Shown here in pieces: positions 10,441 to 22,213 of a stretch of DNA of 64,000 bases. Source of the stretch: Alphaproteobacteria bacterium. Lineage in GTDB: Bacteria > Pseudomonadota > Alphaproteobacteria > SHVV01. The notes under the pieces were generated by a model that did no database searches, was not told the origin of the DNA, and was given only the letters and a program-made list of their open reading frames with translations. Both the position numbers and the translations under genes were made by a program. The stretch is from positions 4,288,001-4,352,000 of the forward strand of contig OZ253470.1 of the NCBI GenBank assembly GCA_965261735.1, in the 5' to 3' direction. Position 1 is the first letter of the stretch; every line of letters begins with the position of its first letter.

Positions 10441-11507
10441 GGCTTTGGTGCATGGAGCCGCGATGGTGTGATTGCCCATTCCCCGGTTGGTTAGCGGATC
10501 CTGATTGTGTTTGGTTTCGCCGCACGGATAGAGCGATTGAGTGCGTCGATCTGCATGGCGATTTCGGTTTGTTGGTATTGGAATGTGCGAGCGTTGAGCT
10601 TGCCGCCGTTGAGCCTCTTGACGCGCTCTCTCAATCCGTAGCCCTGTCGTTTCTGCCAGTTCATTCTTCCCTTCGACGCGATCTCCGCCGCATGGTGCTC
10701 CCGTTCCGATCCGCCATGAGGCGTGTCCGGGGGAGGAATGGATGTGGCGCGTGGCGGGATGATGATTTCAGGTGGTGAATTCGGTGGCCGAGCTTCTCGG
10801 ATCGCTTTTGTCACGGGCTCCCCGTCATAGGCGCCGTCGGCAAACACGCGCCGGATCATCCCACCGGAACCGGCGACCAGCGGTCCCGCCATCGTCGCAT
10901 CGGCCGTGTCGTCACCGGTCAGTTCATGCGTCCGGATCTCGCTGCTGGCCGGGTCAACCGAGATATGCAGCTTGCGCCACGAGCGCCGCGTTTCACCGTG
11001 CTTGGCGCGAGCCCACTCGCCAGCGCCAAAGAATTTCAGGCCCGTGGAATCCAGCACGATATCCGTAGACCGCTTGTTCGTGCTGGTTTCCACAACGACA
11101 TCCACCGTTCGCCGCCGCCGCGACAGCGTGGTGTGATCCGGCACCGGCAGATCGCACCCCATCAAGTCCACGAGGGAACGCACAAAGCCTTCCGTCTGGC
11201 GCAGCGGCAATCTGAAGACCACCCCCAGCATCAGTGTCGTGGAAATCGCCAACTCTGAAAACCGCCGCTGGCCACCAGGAGTTCGCCGCTTGGCTGCGTC
11301 CATTGCTCCAGGGCGCTCTCATCAATCCAGAAACGAATGTCGCCGCGCCGAACCAAACCACGGTCATAATCCGGCCAGTTCATGACCCGGTACTTGGCTC
11401 TGGGGATATGGTGGCGACGCGATGCGTGGAACTTGAAAGGCATGACAAACTCTCAAAGACGGAAGCGGAGCCAGGTATACTAATCCTTAGGTCCATGCAC
11501 CAAAGCC
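10441..11507 (-). mobile_element. IS5 family (IS903-like group), copy 1, defective
   Basis: IR GGCTTTGGTGCATGGA at both ends; 1-bp frameshift near 11302 and a 21-bp deletion relative to copies 2 and 3 (1067 versus 1089 bp). Confidence 0.9.
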
Positions 11508-11911
11508 CATCCACTTCGCTTCGGCCTGTCCGGATGCCGCCCTGTTCCGCCTGCTGGCCGGGCGCCTCGCCGCCGCGGGCCCCTGATCGCCGGGGCGCCG
11601 TGCCCCGCCAACCCGAGCCCATTCAACCCCAAACCCCGACACCGCCAACCTCAAACCCCGGCACCGCAAGGCGCCGAACACAAACCTTCGCGCGCTCAAA
11701 ATCAACCGATAAACTCTGCCTCCGATGAATAAGTCAGGCTAGCTGCCGAGCAGGGACTTGCCGACGCCCAGACTTGGCTCGGCCTCATGTACGCCAAACG
11801 GTTGTTAGGCCTTGCGGAATAAGCCTGTATTCAGCGGTTTATGGCACTACACAGGAACTCTCGACGGAGATCAGAACTCAAACATATTTGGATGTTATCT
11901 GGAGGGGCACT

Positions 11912-12244
11912 ATGGGAATACATCGAATTTTCACGGGAAACGACGGTGAAAGCCACATGGAGGAGCTACGATTAGAGGAGCACCCTGAATTGGGCGCATT
12001 GACCGATGTTTCCGAGGTCCGGGTCCAGGAGTTTGACGGAAGCAGAAATAGGGACTTCAATCCGCTACCCGAACGCAGGCTGATCATTCATCTTTCCGGC
12101 GAAGTCGAGATTAGAACTAGTGATGGCGCTAAGCAAGTGTTCAGAGCCGGAGACATTAGACTTATGGAAGATGTTAGCGGTCGCGGTCACGCCCACGTTG
12201 ACCTCAGCCCGTCATCCGCCGTTTACGTCATCCTGAATGACTAG
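11912..12244 (+). CDS. Small cupin-like protein
   Basis: MGIHRIFTGNDGESH..GEVEIRTSDG..GDIRLMEDVSGRGH; GGAGG RBS. Confidence 0.7.
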   Translation: MGIHRIFTGNDGESHMEELRLEEHPELGALTDVSEVRVQEFDGSRNRDFNPLPERRLIIHLSGEVEIRTSDGAKQVFRAGDIRLMEDVSGRGHAHVDLSPSSAVYVILND

Positions 12245-12444
12245 GACCGCCGCCTCTCTCTCCGCGCTTTCGTTTTCGCGTCGCCACTCATCCACACTGG
12301 TGTTGATGGTGATGGACGGGCGGGAGCTACGTCAGAGATACGCCCGCAAGCGCTGGAGTTTGATTGAATTCGCTTGCGTTTCGCTTACGGGAGAAATGAA
12401 AACAAATAAATTATAAATTAAATCAACGGTATGAAATCATGCAT

Positions 12445-12559
12445 CACGAACCCGGTGAGATCGTCGTCCCAATAGAACTTGTCCGGTTTCCTCACGAAAA
12501 TCGAGCGCCGATATGGCGTCTGGAGAGTGCTGCTCGCGTTTTGTGATACCTGTCGCCAT
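12445..12559 (-). pseudogene. Probable N-terminal remnant of a tyrosine integrase (arm-binding domain)
   Basis: MATGITKR, then after a frameshift KPDKFYWDDDLTGF. Confidence 0.45.
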
Positions 12560-12586
12560 GACGGTTTTCCCTTGGTAACCTAACAA

Positions 12587-12601
12587 GAACATAAAGCGAA
12601 T
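12587..12601. promoter_or_regulatory. Putative alphaproteobacterial LexA (SOS) box
   Basis: GAAC-ATAAAGC-GAAT versus GAAC-N7-GAAC, just upstream of the integrase remnant. Confidence 0.45.
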
Positions 12602-12703
12602 TTATTCCACAGAATAGTGCAAAAAGTGCTCATTCGTCAGGTCAGGTAAACGAAGTGGCCGTGGTAGGCAAGGTCAAGCACATCTCTGGATCGGGCGCAC
12701 TCT

Positions 12704-12875
12704 CGTTAACGGCGGAGGAATAATGCACCACGCGAGGCGGCCGAGCGGTTCGGTCGTGGCGGCGCAGAATTGCGCCACCTATGTCCCCTTGTCGGTTATA
12801 GCGAGGGCCGGGAGATTTGGGGCGTGGAGCTTTATGTGGCGGTTCGTCTGGCGGTTGTCAATGAGGGTCTGAGCC
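12704..12875 (+). mobile_element. IS21-family left end with degraded istA start
   Basis: GTTAACGGCGGAGGAATAATG..GGCGGCGCAGAATTGCGCCA; homologous to 47908-48080. Confidence 0.75.
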
Positions 12876-13253
12876 CACACTGCCGGCGACGGGCGGGGCT
12901 TAGCAATTTCCCTCAAGCGCCTCTTTCAAGATCAACTTATCCAACGTCAGATCCGAGATCGCCTTCCGGAGACGGCCATTCTCCTTCTCCAGGTCCTTCA
13001 GACGCTTGGCCTGGTCAGTACGAAGGCCGCCATATTCCTTGCGCCAGCGATAGTAACTCTGCTCCGATACGCCGAGCGTGCGGCAAGCTTGACCAACGGA
13101 CTGGCCCTGCGCCAAGGCCACCTCGGCTTCGCGCAACATGCTGATAATCTGTTCTGGGGTGTAGCGTTTACGGCTCATTTTGTCCTCCTTTCGGGGGGGC
13201 AAAATGCGCCAAACTCTCTTAACAAATCTGGACCACTTTTAGGGGTCACTCCA
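12876..13253 (-). mobile_element. IS3-family remnant (left IR, orfA 12900-13178, start of orfB)
   Basis: TGGAGTGACCCC end; MSRKRYTPEQII..YYRWRKEYGG..LEKEN. Confidence 0.85.
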
Positions 13254-13465
13254 GATGACCCAAAAACCTATCCGCCATCCGAAGCGGTGGCCGGGGCCTT
13301 TTCCGTTTCAGGACAGCTACCTGCTGTCTCAGGGCAAGGATTTCTGTGTGGAGCGCCGCGCGGCCCGCGAAGATTTCGATGATCTTATGCATGCCGGAAA
13401 AGGTATCCGGTGGTGATGAACAATTCTAAGAATTCTGCGATAGATGGAATAAATGGGAGGGACAG

Positions 13466-15220
13466 CTATTCAGCCTCCAATCCAAAATGCTCGATGACAC
13501 TTGGATCGATCACACCCGCATGCAGCGCCAGTAAAACGAGACGCGCATCCGGTCCATCTTCGGTGCCAAGCGCGACGACGACCCGGGCCTCGACCGCGTT
13601 GACGAGCGTGGCATCGTTGACGGCCTCGAAGTCGCTTCGACCGAGGATACAGTACGCCAATAGGAGTGAGGCATGGGCCGAGGCAGCCTCGGTGACCGGG
13701 CCGATCTCCTTGAGCAGCTTTAGCAGGCTGCTGAAAAAGTCATCATTGCCGGGCCTTGAACTCGGATTCATCGCCGAAATGAAATGAGATTTCGTGTCTT
13801 AGGGTGAAACCGTCTTCAATCTCGACCGATCCGATGCCCTGGGCTTCGTCCAGTTCGATGATCTGCCACTTTGCGGTCAGCGGCGTGCCGGCATCGCCCA
13901 TCATGTTGGCGCCTCCGCCAGCAGTCTGGGTAGTCGGACGAGGTTGTAGGCGGCCAAGGCCAGGGTGAACGAAGCGTCGACCCGGTGGCGGCCCCGGAAT
14001 TTGGTCTTGCTCAATCCCGCGCTCGTCTTGACCCAGCCGAAGACCTCCTCGATGCGCTTGCGGCAACGTTGGCTGACGCCGTAACCGGGATGGCGCGTCG
14101 TGCGCCCGTCTATCTTGGTCTTGCGCCGCTTGCCGGTCTTGGTGACGTGGTCCTGGACGGCGATATGGGGGGTCACCTTGCGGTGCCGCAGTTCCTCGAC
14201 AAAATCCGCGACGTCAAAACCCTTGTCCCCGCCCACCGTGATCCGACGCCGCCCGCCTCTACTCTCCACCGGGCGATGCCTGTCGATCAGATCAAGGGCG
14301 GCTTCGCGTTCCGCCGTGCCCGACGCAATGGTCACGCCGCCGCCGACTGCCAGACCATGGCGGTTCTCCGTCAGCGCATGGCCCATGTAACACAGCTTGC
14401 TTTCCCGGCCATTACCCTTGCGATAAAGCCGGGCGTCCGGATCAGTGGTGCTTGCATGGGTCGCGTTCGAGCGTTTCTCGCCATGAAAATCCCGCGCGGC
14501 GTTGCGCCCCGATCCCCCGTCGCCATCGTCCTCACCTTTGGGACGAAAGCTCTTCATCGACGCCCAGGCCTCGATCAATGTTCCGTCTACCGAAAAATGA
14601 TCCCGGCTCAATAGTCCCCCTACCTTGTGGTGCTGGATAACCCCCGCAAGCAGCTGCCCCGAAACCTCCGCCTCCAGAAGACGGTCCCGGTTGTGGCAGA
14701 ACGCGTTGGCGTCCCACACGCCATCGTCCAGCCCAAGCCCCACAAACCAGCAAAACAGCATGTTGAAGTTTAGCTGCTCCATCAGCTGACGCTGCGAGCG
14801 GATCGAATAAAACGCCTGCAACAGTAACGCTCGAAGAAGCTTCTCCGGCGGGATCGATGGGCGACCCATGTGGGAATAAAGCGTCTCGAACTCCGAAGAT
14901 AGAGACCCCAATACGTCGTTCACGATCTCACGGATCAGACGCAGCGGATGATCATCCGGAACACGCTCTTCCAAGTCTACGTAGCTGAATAAATTGCCAC
15001 TGCTTTGATCTCGACCCCGCATGCCATCCTCCATCACTCGAAGAAATCACAGAATCATGTCACAACTGCAAAGGCGAGGACTTTTTCAGCAGCCTGTTAG
15101 GGCTGTCAGCTTTACCGGCTCTGGCACCAGCGCCGGATGGAGACCCGCGTCACGCAGCTCGCGGTCGAACTGCTGCAGTTCGCGCGAGCGACCAAACAAG
15201 CTAAACATGCCAGCGAACAT
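13466..15220 (-). pseudogene. Hypothetical protein (about 125 aa) interrupted by IS5
   Basis: Removing the IS and one TTAG rejoins MFAGMFSLFGRSRELQQFD..VKLTAL to KLLKEIG..FGLEAE in frame. Confidence 0.75.
13724..15096 (-). mobile_element. IS5-family element, copy A (transposase 13901-15037)
   Basis: IR CAGGCTGCTGAAAAAGTC; TTAG direct repeat; GRPSIPPE, VDGTLI, GDKGFD and RKRIEEVFGW motifs. Confidence 0.92.
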
Positions 15221-15261
15221 GGGATCAGCTTGATCCTGGCGGACGCCCGTTGGCTGTATCG

Positions 15262-17166
15262 CTAGGCGACGCCAATTTTGGCGGCACTTTCTAACTCCTC
15301 CTGGCCTGCGATCCAAGCGGCTTCGGCGGCATCGAGATCGCGCTGGAGCCAGCTAATTTTCTGTTGCAGTCGTTTCGACTCCTCCGGTTGCTCGCGATAG
15401 AGAGCGGGATCGGCGAGTTTTTCGAGTATTTCCTGCTTCTCGAGAGTCAGGCGGTCGACCAGTGCTTCGGCCTTCTTGACCTTGTTGGTGAGCGACGAAG
15501 CGTCCCGACGCCGCTCGGCCGACCTGCGACGCTTCTCCTTTTTATTTGTCGTTACCCGACTAGGTGTTGGCATGGCCTCGGTGCGGGAGGACTCATCGGG
15601 TCGAGACTTGCGCTCGAGCGTCAGGGCCCGATAGTCCGCCATATCGCCCTCAAACGACGCCACCCGACTTCCGCTTACAAGCCAGAATCGATCGACGGTT
15701 AGTGCAATCAGGTGAGGGTCATGGCTGACGATCACCACCGCCCCATCGAACTCGTTGATCGCCTCAGCCATAGCATCGCGCGATGCCATGTCGAGATGGT
15801 TTGTCGGTTCATCCAATAACAACACATGCGGTTCGCTGGCTGCGATTTGCGCGAACACCAGACGTGCCCGCTCTCCCCCGGACAACGACCCGATACGGCC
15901 CAAAGCCATGTCGTTGGTAAATCCAAAACGGCCCAGATAGGTGCGCATTTTCTCCGGGGTATCGTCGGGGCGCAGCCGGCCCAGCGACTCAATCGGGCTA
16001 GCCGATGGATCGAGCTGTTCGGTGAGTTGTTGGGAAAAATAGCCGACCCGAAGCCTCGGCGACTTCACCACCTCGCCCGCCATTGGCTTGAGCATGCCAG
16101 CCAGCAACTTGATAAACGTGGTCTTGCCGTTTCCGTTTGCACCGAGCAATGCGATGCGGTCATCGCTATCTAAACGCAACGAGATGTTTGAGAGAACCGG
16201 CGTGTCGTCGTAGCCGACGTCGACCCGATAGAGGCTGTAGAGAGGCGGTGCCAACACCGCGACCTTGGGAAAATGGAAGTTGGGCGCTCGCTCACTGGAC
16301 ATTGCGGTGGGCGGCGCCAGGCGCGCCAACATCTTAATGCGCGATTGTGCCTGTTTGGCCTTCGTGGCCTGCGCGCGAAATCGATCGACGAATTTCTCCA
16401 TATGGTCACGTTGGGCTTCCTGCTTGACACGCAGTTTGCCGTCGAGCTCCAACCGCATTCGGCGATTCGTCTCAAATCGGTCGTAATTGCCCTGGTAATG
16501 GATCAGTTTGGTGTTTTCGAGATGAAGAATTTCTCCGACCGCCCGATTGAGAAGGTCGCGATCGTGGCTGATAATCACGACCGCCCCCTCGTAGCGCGCT
16601 ATGTAGTCCTCCAGCCATAGTGTCGCTTCGAGGTCGAGATGGTTGGTCGGCTCGTCCAGTAGCAACAAATCGGGCGCGGTAAACAGCAGCGAGGCCAGCG
16701 CCACGCGCATACGCCAACCACCCGAAAACGAGGCGCAACTGCGCTGTTGCGCGGCTTCGTCGAAGCCCAAGCCGGCTAGAATACGTGCCGCGCGGGCCGT
16801 CGCGGAATACGCCTGACACCGGGCTAGAAGGTCATGGATCGCAGCGATCCGTGCTGGATCGGTGGCCGTTTCCGCCTCCTGCCATAAGCTCGCCAATTCC
16901 GTATCCGCACCAATCACGGTACCGATCAGGCTGTCGCGACCGTTGGGTGCGTCTTGAGACGTAATCCCCACACGCCAGTGTGGTGGCACCGAGATGCGTC
17001 CGCCGTCGCTGTCAGCCACGCCGGTAATCAGACCAAACAGTGTCGTCTTACCGGCACCGTTGCGGCCGACAACCCCCACCTTGTGGCCGGCGTTAACGAC
17101 GGCGTTTACATCGTCAAAAAGAAGTCGGCCCGCGATGCGGTAAGTGAGGTTTTCAATCTTTAGCAA
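15262..17166 (-). CDS. ABC-F family ATP-binding protein (YheS/Uup-like)
   Basis: Two ABC cassettes (GRNGAGKT/SGGWRMR/LLLDEPTNHLD and GANGNGKT/SGGERAR), C-terminal coiled coil; likely TTG start after GGAG. Confidence 0.9.
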   Translation of the reverse strand: MLKIENLTYRIAGRLLFDDVNAVVNAGHKVGVVGRNGAGKTTLFGLITGVADSDGGRISVPPHWRVGITSQDAPNGRDSLIGTVIGADTELASLWQEAETATDPARIAAIHDLLARCQAYSATARAARILAGLGFDEAAQQRSCASFSGGWRMRVALASLLFTAPDLLLLDEPTNHLDLEATLWLEDYIARYEGAVVIISHDRDLLNRAVGEILHLENTKLIHYQGNYDRFETNRRMRLELDGKLRVKQEAQRDHMEKFVDRFRAQATKAKQAQSRIKMLARLAPPTAMSSERAPNFHFPKVAVLAPPLYSLYRVDVGYDDTPVLSNISLRLDSDDRIALLGANGNGKTTFIKLLAGMLKPMAGEVVKSPRLRVGYFSQQLTEQLDPSASPIESLGRLRPDDTPEKMRTYLGRFGFTNDMALGRIGSLSGGERARLVFAQIAASEPHVLLLDEPTNHLDMASRDAMAEAINEFDGAVVIVSHDPHLIALTVDRFWLVSGSRVASFEGDMADYRALTLERKSRPDESSRTEAMPTPSRVTTNKKEKRRRSAERRRDASSLTNKVKKAEALVDRLTLEKQEILEKLADPALYREQPEESKRLQQKISWLQRDLDAAEAAWIAGQEELESAAKIGVA

Positions 17167-17257
17167 GGCAATGACTCCGCCCGCGGGCGTCTGGGGATAG
17201 CGAGTTTGCGAAACTTGGTGGGCGTAGATTGCCGAAACAACAACCCACCGCAAAAGC

Positions 17258-17605
17258 TATAGCATTTTGTGATCATTCGGAATCGTGAGGGATTCCGCGG
17301 AGGCTCGTTATGTGATTCAAGGTGCGGGCTGGAAAAGGAGGCCAGCCTGCATGGCGAAATCTCTTTCCAACGATCTTCGAGCGCGGCTTGTCGCGGCGGT
17401 TGAAGGCGTCGCAACGTTTTGGGGTAGCGGCTTCGACAGCGATCAAATGGGTTGATCTGTGGCGACGGAGCGGCGATGTCGGAGAGCGGCCACGGGGCGG
17501 CGATCACCGCTCGTACCGGATCGAGGCCCATGGCGAGGAGATTCTGTCCCTGGTCGAGGTGACGCCGGGCATCACCTTGGCGGAGCTGGCTGAGCATCTC
17601 GATGC
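17258..17605 (+). mobile_element. IS630-family left-end remnant, truncated by IS5
   Basis: TAGCATTTT end; MAKSLSNDLRARLVAAVEG, then after a frameshift RFGVAASTAIKW..ITLAEL. Confidence 0.75.
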
Positions 17606-18694
17606 GGCTTTGGTGCATGGACCTAAGGATTAGTATATCTGGCTCCGCTTCCGTCTTTGAGAGTTTGTCATGCCTTTCAAGTTCCACGCATCGCGTCGCC
17701 ACCATATCCCCAGAGCCAAGTACCGGATCATGAACTGGCCGGATTATGACCGTGGTTTGGTTCGGCGCGGCGACATTCGTTTCTGGATTGATGAGAGCGC
17801 CCTGGAGCAATGGGCCGCAGCCAAACGGCGAACTCCTGGTGGCCAGCGGCGGTTTTCAGAGTTGGCGATTTCCACGACACTGATGCTGGGGATGGTCTTC
17901 AGACTTCCGCTGCGCCAGACGGAAGGCTTTGTGCGTTCCCTCGTGGACTTGATGGGGTGCGATCTGCCGGTGCCGGATCACACCACGCTGTCGCGGCGGC
18001 GGCGAACGGTGGATGTCGTTGTGGAAACCAGCACGAACAAGCGGTCTACGGATATCGTGCTGGATTCCACGGGCCTGAAATTCTTTAGCGCTGGCGAGTG
18101 GGCTCGCGCCAAGCACGGTGAAACGCGGCGCTCGTGGCGCAAGCTGCATATCTCGGTTGACCCGGCCAGCAGCGAGATCCGGACGCATGAACTGACCGGT
18201 GACGACACGGCCGATGCGACGATGGCGGGACCGCTGGTCGCCGGTTCCGGTGGGATGATCCGGCGCGTGTTTGCCGACGGCGCCTATGACGGGGAGCCCG
18301 TGACAAAAGCGATCCGAGAAGCTCGGCCACCGAATTCACCACCTGAAATCATCATCCCGCCACGCGCCACATCCATTCCTCCCCCGGACACGCCTCATGG
18401 CGGATCGGAACGGGAGCACCATGCGGCGGAGATCGCGTCGAAGGGAAGGATGAACTGGCAGAAACGACAGGGCTACGGATTGAGAGCGCTTGGCGAAACA
18501 GCCATGGCTCGCGTCAAGAGGCTCAACGGCGGCAAGCTCAACGCTCGCACATTCCAATCCCAACAAACCGAAATCGCCATGCAGATCGACGTACTCAATC
18601 GCTCTATCCGTGCGGCGAAACCAAACACAATCAGGATCCGCTAACCAACCGGGGAATGGGCAATCACACCATCGCGGCTCCATGCACCAAAGCC
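17606..18694 (+). mobile_element. IS5 family (IS903-like group), copy 2 (transposase 17670-18644)
   Basis: 16-bp IRs; intact 324-aa ORF with LDSTGLK, WRKLH and ADGAYD. Confidence 0.92.
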
Positions 18695-18770
18695 ACGTAG
18701 CGGCACTGACGGCTGCGATCATCCGCCAGGCGATACAGTATGGCCTATACGGCTATCGCCGCGTCGAGGC
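18695..18770 (+). pseudogene. Short IS3 orfB fragment
   Basis: ALTAAIIRQAIQYGLYGYRRV. Confidence 0.5.
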
Positions 18771-18879
18771 CTTCGAGGCCTACCAGCTGTAGAGGCGGGT
18801 GCGCGCGGATTCCCCATTTTGGCACCCCATTACGGACGATGCCGGATAGAGGTTTGCAACTGACCCACGCCCCTCGTGG

Positions 18880-19130
18880 CGCGCCGGTCCGACCTGTGCA
18901 GCTCATTTCGTCATCGTCTCGCAACCTCGTGGCGGGCCCTCAGCCAGCGGCGCGGTAGGCTTCGCCGCTCCGAAGCACGGCCCAGATGATCCGTGCGTTC
19001 TTGTTGGCGACGGCCACCGTGGCCCGGTTGAAGCCGCGCCGCCGGTGAAGTTTGTTGACCCAGGCGTTGAAGGGATCCGTCTTTGCTGAGGCCGTTCGAA
19101 CGACGGACCTGGCGCCATGCACCAGCAGGG
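18880..19130 (-). mobile_element. IS110-family 3' remnant with the start of its non-coding tail
   Basis: LLVHGARSV..NRATVAVANKNARIIWAVL, stop at 18940. Confidence 0.8.
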
Positions 19131-19133
19131 ACC

Positions 19134-20366
19134 CTATCGCGCGGGGAGGGGGTTGAGGCCCAGCCGCGTCTGCCGAAGGTAGATGAACCCGATGGTGCAG
19201 AAATTCATGACCGTGAACCCGCAACCAGCGAGAAAGGCTTGGGAATAGCTGCCCGTGAGGTCGAAAATGTGGCCTCCGAGCCACCCCCCGAGCGCCATGC
19301 CGAGCAACGCGAACATGTAGAAGGTGGCGATGCGCCAGCCGGCCTGGCTGGCCGGGAAGAGCAGCCGGATGATCAGGGGGTAGCACGGCATGATGCCCGC
19401 GAATCCCAGGCCGAACAGCAATGCGGCGACGTACAGGGCAGGCGGGCTGGTTACGATCGAAAAGACCACGAGCATGATGGCCTGACAGGCCGAACCGATG
19501 AGCAGCGTTCGCACCCCGCCGATGCGGTCGGCCAGCATGCCATAGAGAATCCGTGAGACGAAAGCCGCGGCGAACAATACGGTCAATAGTTCGGCGGCGC
19601 GTGCCCGTGGCAAACCCAGGTCGGTGCCGTGGCTGACGAGATGAACCATCGGTATCGCCATCGCCGCGCAGCAACCGATGGTCGCCAGGCACAACAGGCC
19701 CTGCACGGCATTTGCGGGCAGATCGAGAACTCGTCCAAGCACGGCGTGGCCCTCGCGGGCCCAGCCCGGGGGCGTGATGGGCGGCTTGGGGCGCAGCAGC
19801 ATGGCTAGCGGCACCATGGTGCAAAGCGCGAAAACGCCGAATATCAGATAGGTCTCGCGCCAACCGTAGGCGTCGTTGAGGTAGCGGAAGAGGGGAGGCC
19901 CGATGGTTCCGGAGAGCCCTTGGCTCGAGGCGATGATGGAGACCGCCAGTCCCCGCCGACGATCGAACCAGTGCGTCACATTGGCGATCAGCGGTGTGAG
20001 GATCGCGGCTTGACCCATCAAGCCGATCAGCAGCCCGTTGGCGACGTAGAGGCTCCAGCGCCCTTCGGACTGACTGGCGACAAGGGCGCCGATCCCGATC
20101 ATCACGGACCCGAACAGCACCGGCTGCAGCACGCCGCGCTTGTCCATCCACCAACCCATCACGACGCCGCCCACCGCAGCGCCGATCATCATCATCGAAT
20201 AGGCGAGGGAAGGGACCGACCGGGGCCAGTCGAATTCCGCGGCGATCGGCTTGAGCGCGACCCACAGCACGATCGGCGCGCCGATGGCGATGGTGCCAAT
20301 GGAGAGCGAGACGAATACGACTATCCAGCCGTATGGGGTTTCGATACTGCCGTCCCGTTGCGCCAT
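19134..20366 (-). CDS. MFS transporter (OFA/MCT-like)
   Basis: About 12 hydrophobic segments; GWWMDKRG, HWFDRRRGLA and GMLADRIG motifs; start MAQRDGSIETPYGW. Confidence 0.88.
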   Translation of the reverse strand: MAQRDGSIETPYGWIVVFVSLSIGTIAIGAPIVLWVALKPIAAEFDWPRSVPSLAYSMMMIGAAVGGVVMGWWMDKRGVLQPVLFGSVMIGIGALVASQSEGRWSLYVANGLLIGLMGQAAILTPLIANVTHWFDRRRGLAVSIIASSQGLSGTIGPPLFRYLNDAYGWRETYLIFGVFALCTMVPLAMLLRPKPPITPPGWAREGHAVLGRVLDLPANAVQGLLCLATIGCCAAMAIPMVHLVSHGTDLGLPRARAAELLTVLFAAAFVSRILYGMLADRIGGVRTLLIGSACQAIMLVVFSIVTSPPALYVAALLFGLGFAGIMPCYPLIIRLLFPASQAGWRIATFYMFALLGMALGGWLGGHIFDLTGSYSQAFLAGCGFTVMNFCTIGFIYLRQTRLGLNPLPAR

Positions 20367-20414
20367 GGGCTCTGGATGTCTGTCGTGCAATTGAGTGGGG
20401 CGGCGGCTACCTAG

Positions 20415-22061
20415 GAGCGTGCGCCGTAGAAGTTTTGATGTTGGGCGATTGGCGCGCGGCCGCCGGAGAGGTGGGATTTTGGCCCGAGTGTGGATATCTG
20501 GCCCGCCCGACTCTGGGATGGAAATCCCAGACCGGAAGGCCGGAAGGGAAGAGATTCGCGTTTCATACGCGGTCGATGGGCACTGCGCGCCCCGGATCAA
20601 GTGCGTTGGCAGGCCAGCACCTGCCTCAGCACGTGGCCACCGTCCCCATCCGCTTGATGTTCAACGCCAAGCACACGAGGTCCCACTCGCCGCGCACCTT
20701 CGCCAAGCCTCGCAGGCTGAATCGTCGGAATCCGAGCACCTCCTTGATCCACCCGTTCGGCGCCTCCGAGAGCCACTTGCGTTGCGCGTACCGGGCTTTG
20801 CCCGCGGGGCTCGCCAGTTTCTCACCCATGCGGTGCGTGGCAGGGAGCCGGGCCGGGTCGACCGCCACCTGGGACTTGCCTTCACGCCCCAGCGCTACGT
20901 GCGCGTCGATGCCGCGATCTTCCAGCTCCAACAGATCCGGCTCGTTGCAGTAGCCCGCATCGGCCAGTACCACCGCAGGCTCGACCCCAAACGTCTCGTT
21001 GATCTCGTCGAGCATCCCCACCAGCTGACCCTGGTCGCTGGCCTGTGGCCCCACCTGAGTCGCGACGATGATCTGGTGCTCCCCATCGACCGCCATCTGC
21101 GCGTTGTAGCACTGCTGGAACCCCTCGCTGCTGGTCTTCATGATCTGGCTCTCGGGATCGGTGAAATTGCTCTGCGCCTTCGGCTCGGGCTCGCCGTAGG
21201 CCCGCTTGTAAGGCCGCCCGCCCCGGGGATTGCGGTCCTGCCCCGGCTCGCGCCCGCGCTCATCGTCGCGCCCGCGTTGCGCCGCCTCCAAACGCGCTTT
21301 GGCTGCCTGGATCGCCGCCAGGCGCTTCTCCCTGCGTTGCAACTCCTCGGGCAACTCGTCGCCCCGGAAATCCTCGCCCCAACGCTCGTCTTCTTCGGCG
21401 TCCACCATCCCCGCCGTCGTCAGCAGCGCCTCGATCTCCGCCTGCAAGCGAGCCGCCTCTTTGCCCATCCGCTCATAGCTCATCGCCTTGCGCTTGCTCG
21501 CGTTCGCTCGCACCTTCGTCCCGTCGACCGAGAGCTTGCCGAACCGCGCCAGTCCCATCTCGCGCGCCACCTGCACCACCCCCACAAACAGCTCGCTGAA
21601 CTCCGCCAGATGTCGGCGTCGGAACTCACATACCGTGCGATGTTGCGGGAAGTTGCCCGCCGCGAGCATCCTAAACGCTACATCCTCCTCCAGCTTCCTC
21701 GCCACCGCGCGCGAGGAGAATGTGCCCGTCGCGTAGGCATAGATCAGCACCTTGACCATCATCGACGGCTCGTAGGGGGCGTTGCGTCGACCGTCCCCCT
21801 CGTAGGGCGCATAGAACGCCGTCAAGTCCAGTGCATCGACCACATCGCTGACGTGATGAGCCAGGTGCCCTGGGGAAACCCACTCCTGCAAGTCCGGCGG
21901 CAAAAGCAAGGGTTGGTCCGGCTGGTAGGCACGAAACGTGGTCGGCATCGGGAGTTCCCACACGCAACTGGCGTATCGGATCATACTTCCCCCTGCGCAA
22001 ATCCACCCACAACCCGTCCGCTATCAACTTTGCCGCGCGGACCTTTCTGCGGCGCACGCTC
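20415..22061 (-). mobile_element. IS1182-family element (transposase 20626-21948)
   Basis: IR GAGCGTGCGCCG; CTAG direct repeat; VDGTKVRANAS, TDPESQIMK, LADAGY and EAPNGWIK motifs. Confidence 0.92.
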
Positions 22062-22213
22062 CTAGGGAAGCTCTGACCGCCGTGGCACGACCGATGGAGG
22101 GAAGGTCGATGACCGGGGCGCGCGCCCCGGAGGATGGATTCGATAGTCATAGCGCCACCAATCGCGCATGCGCCATCCCGGGTCAAGCAACCCACTACCC
22201 ATGCGCCGCCTTG

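Noticed and set aside
18790-18940. Complete bridge RNA behind the IS110 remnant
   Set aside because: The tail appears truncated after about 60 nt, and no guide-flank match could be established
20395-22065. 556-aa plus-strand ORF and similar long antisense ORFs (1072-2211, 36934-38265, 38954-40393, 50378-51358, 55919-57748)
   Set aside because: They are shadow frames of recognisable opposite-strand genes in high-GC DNA
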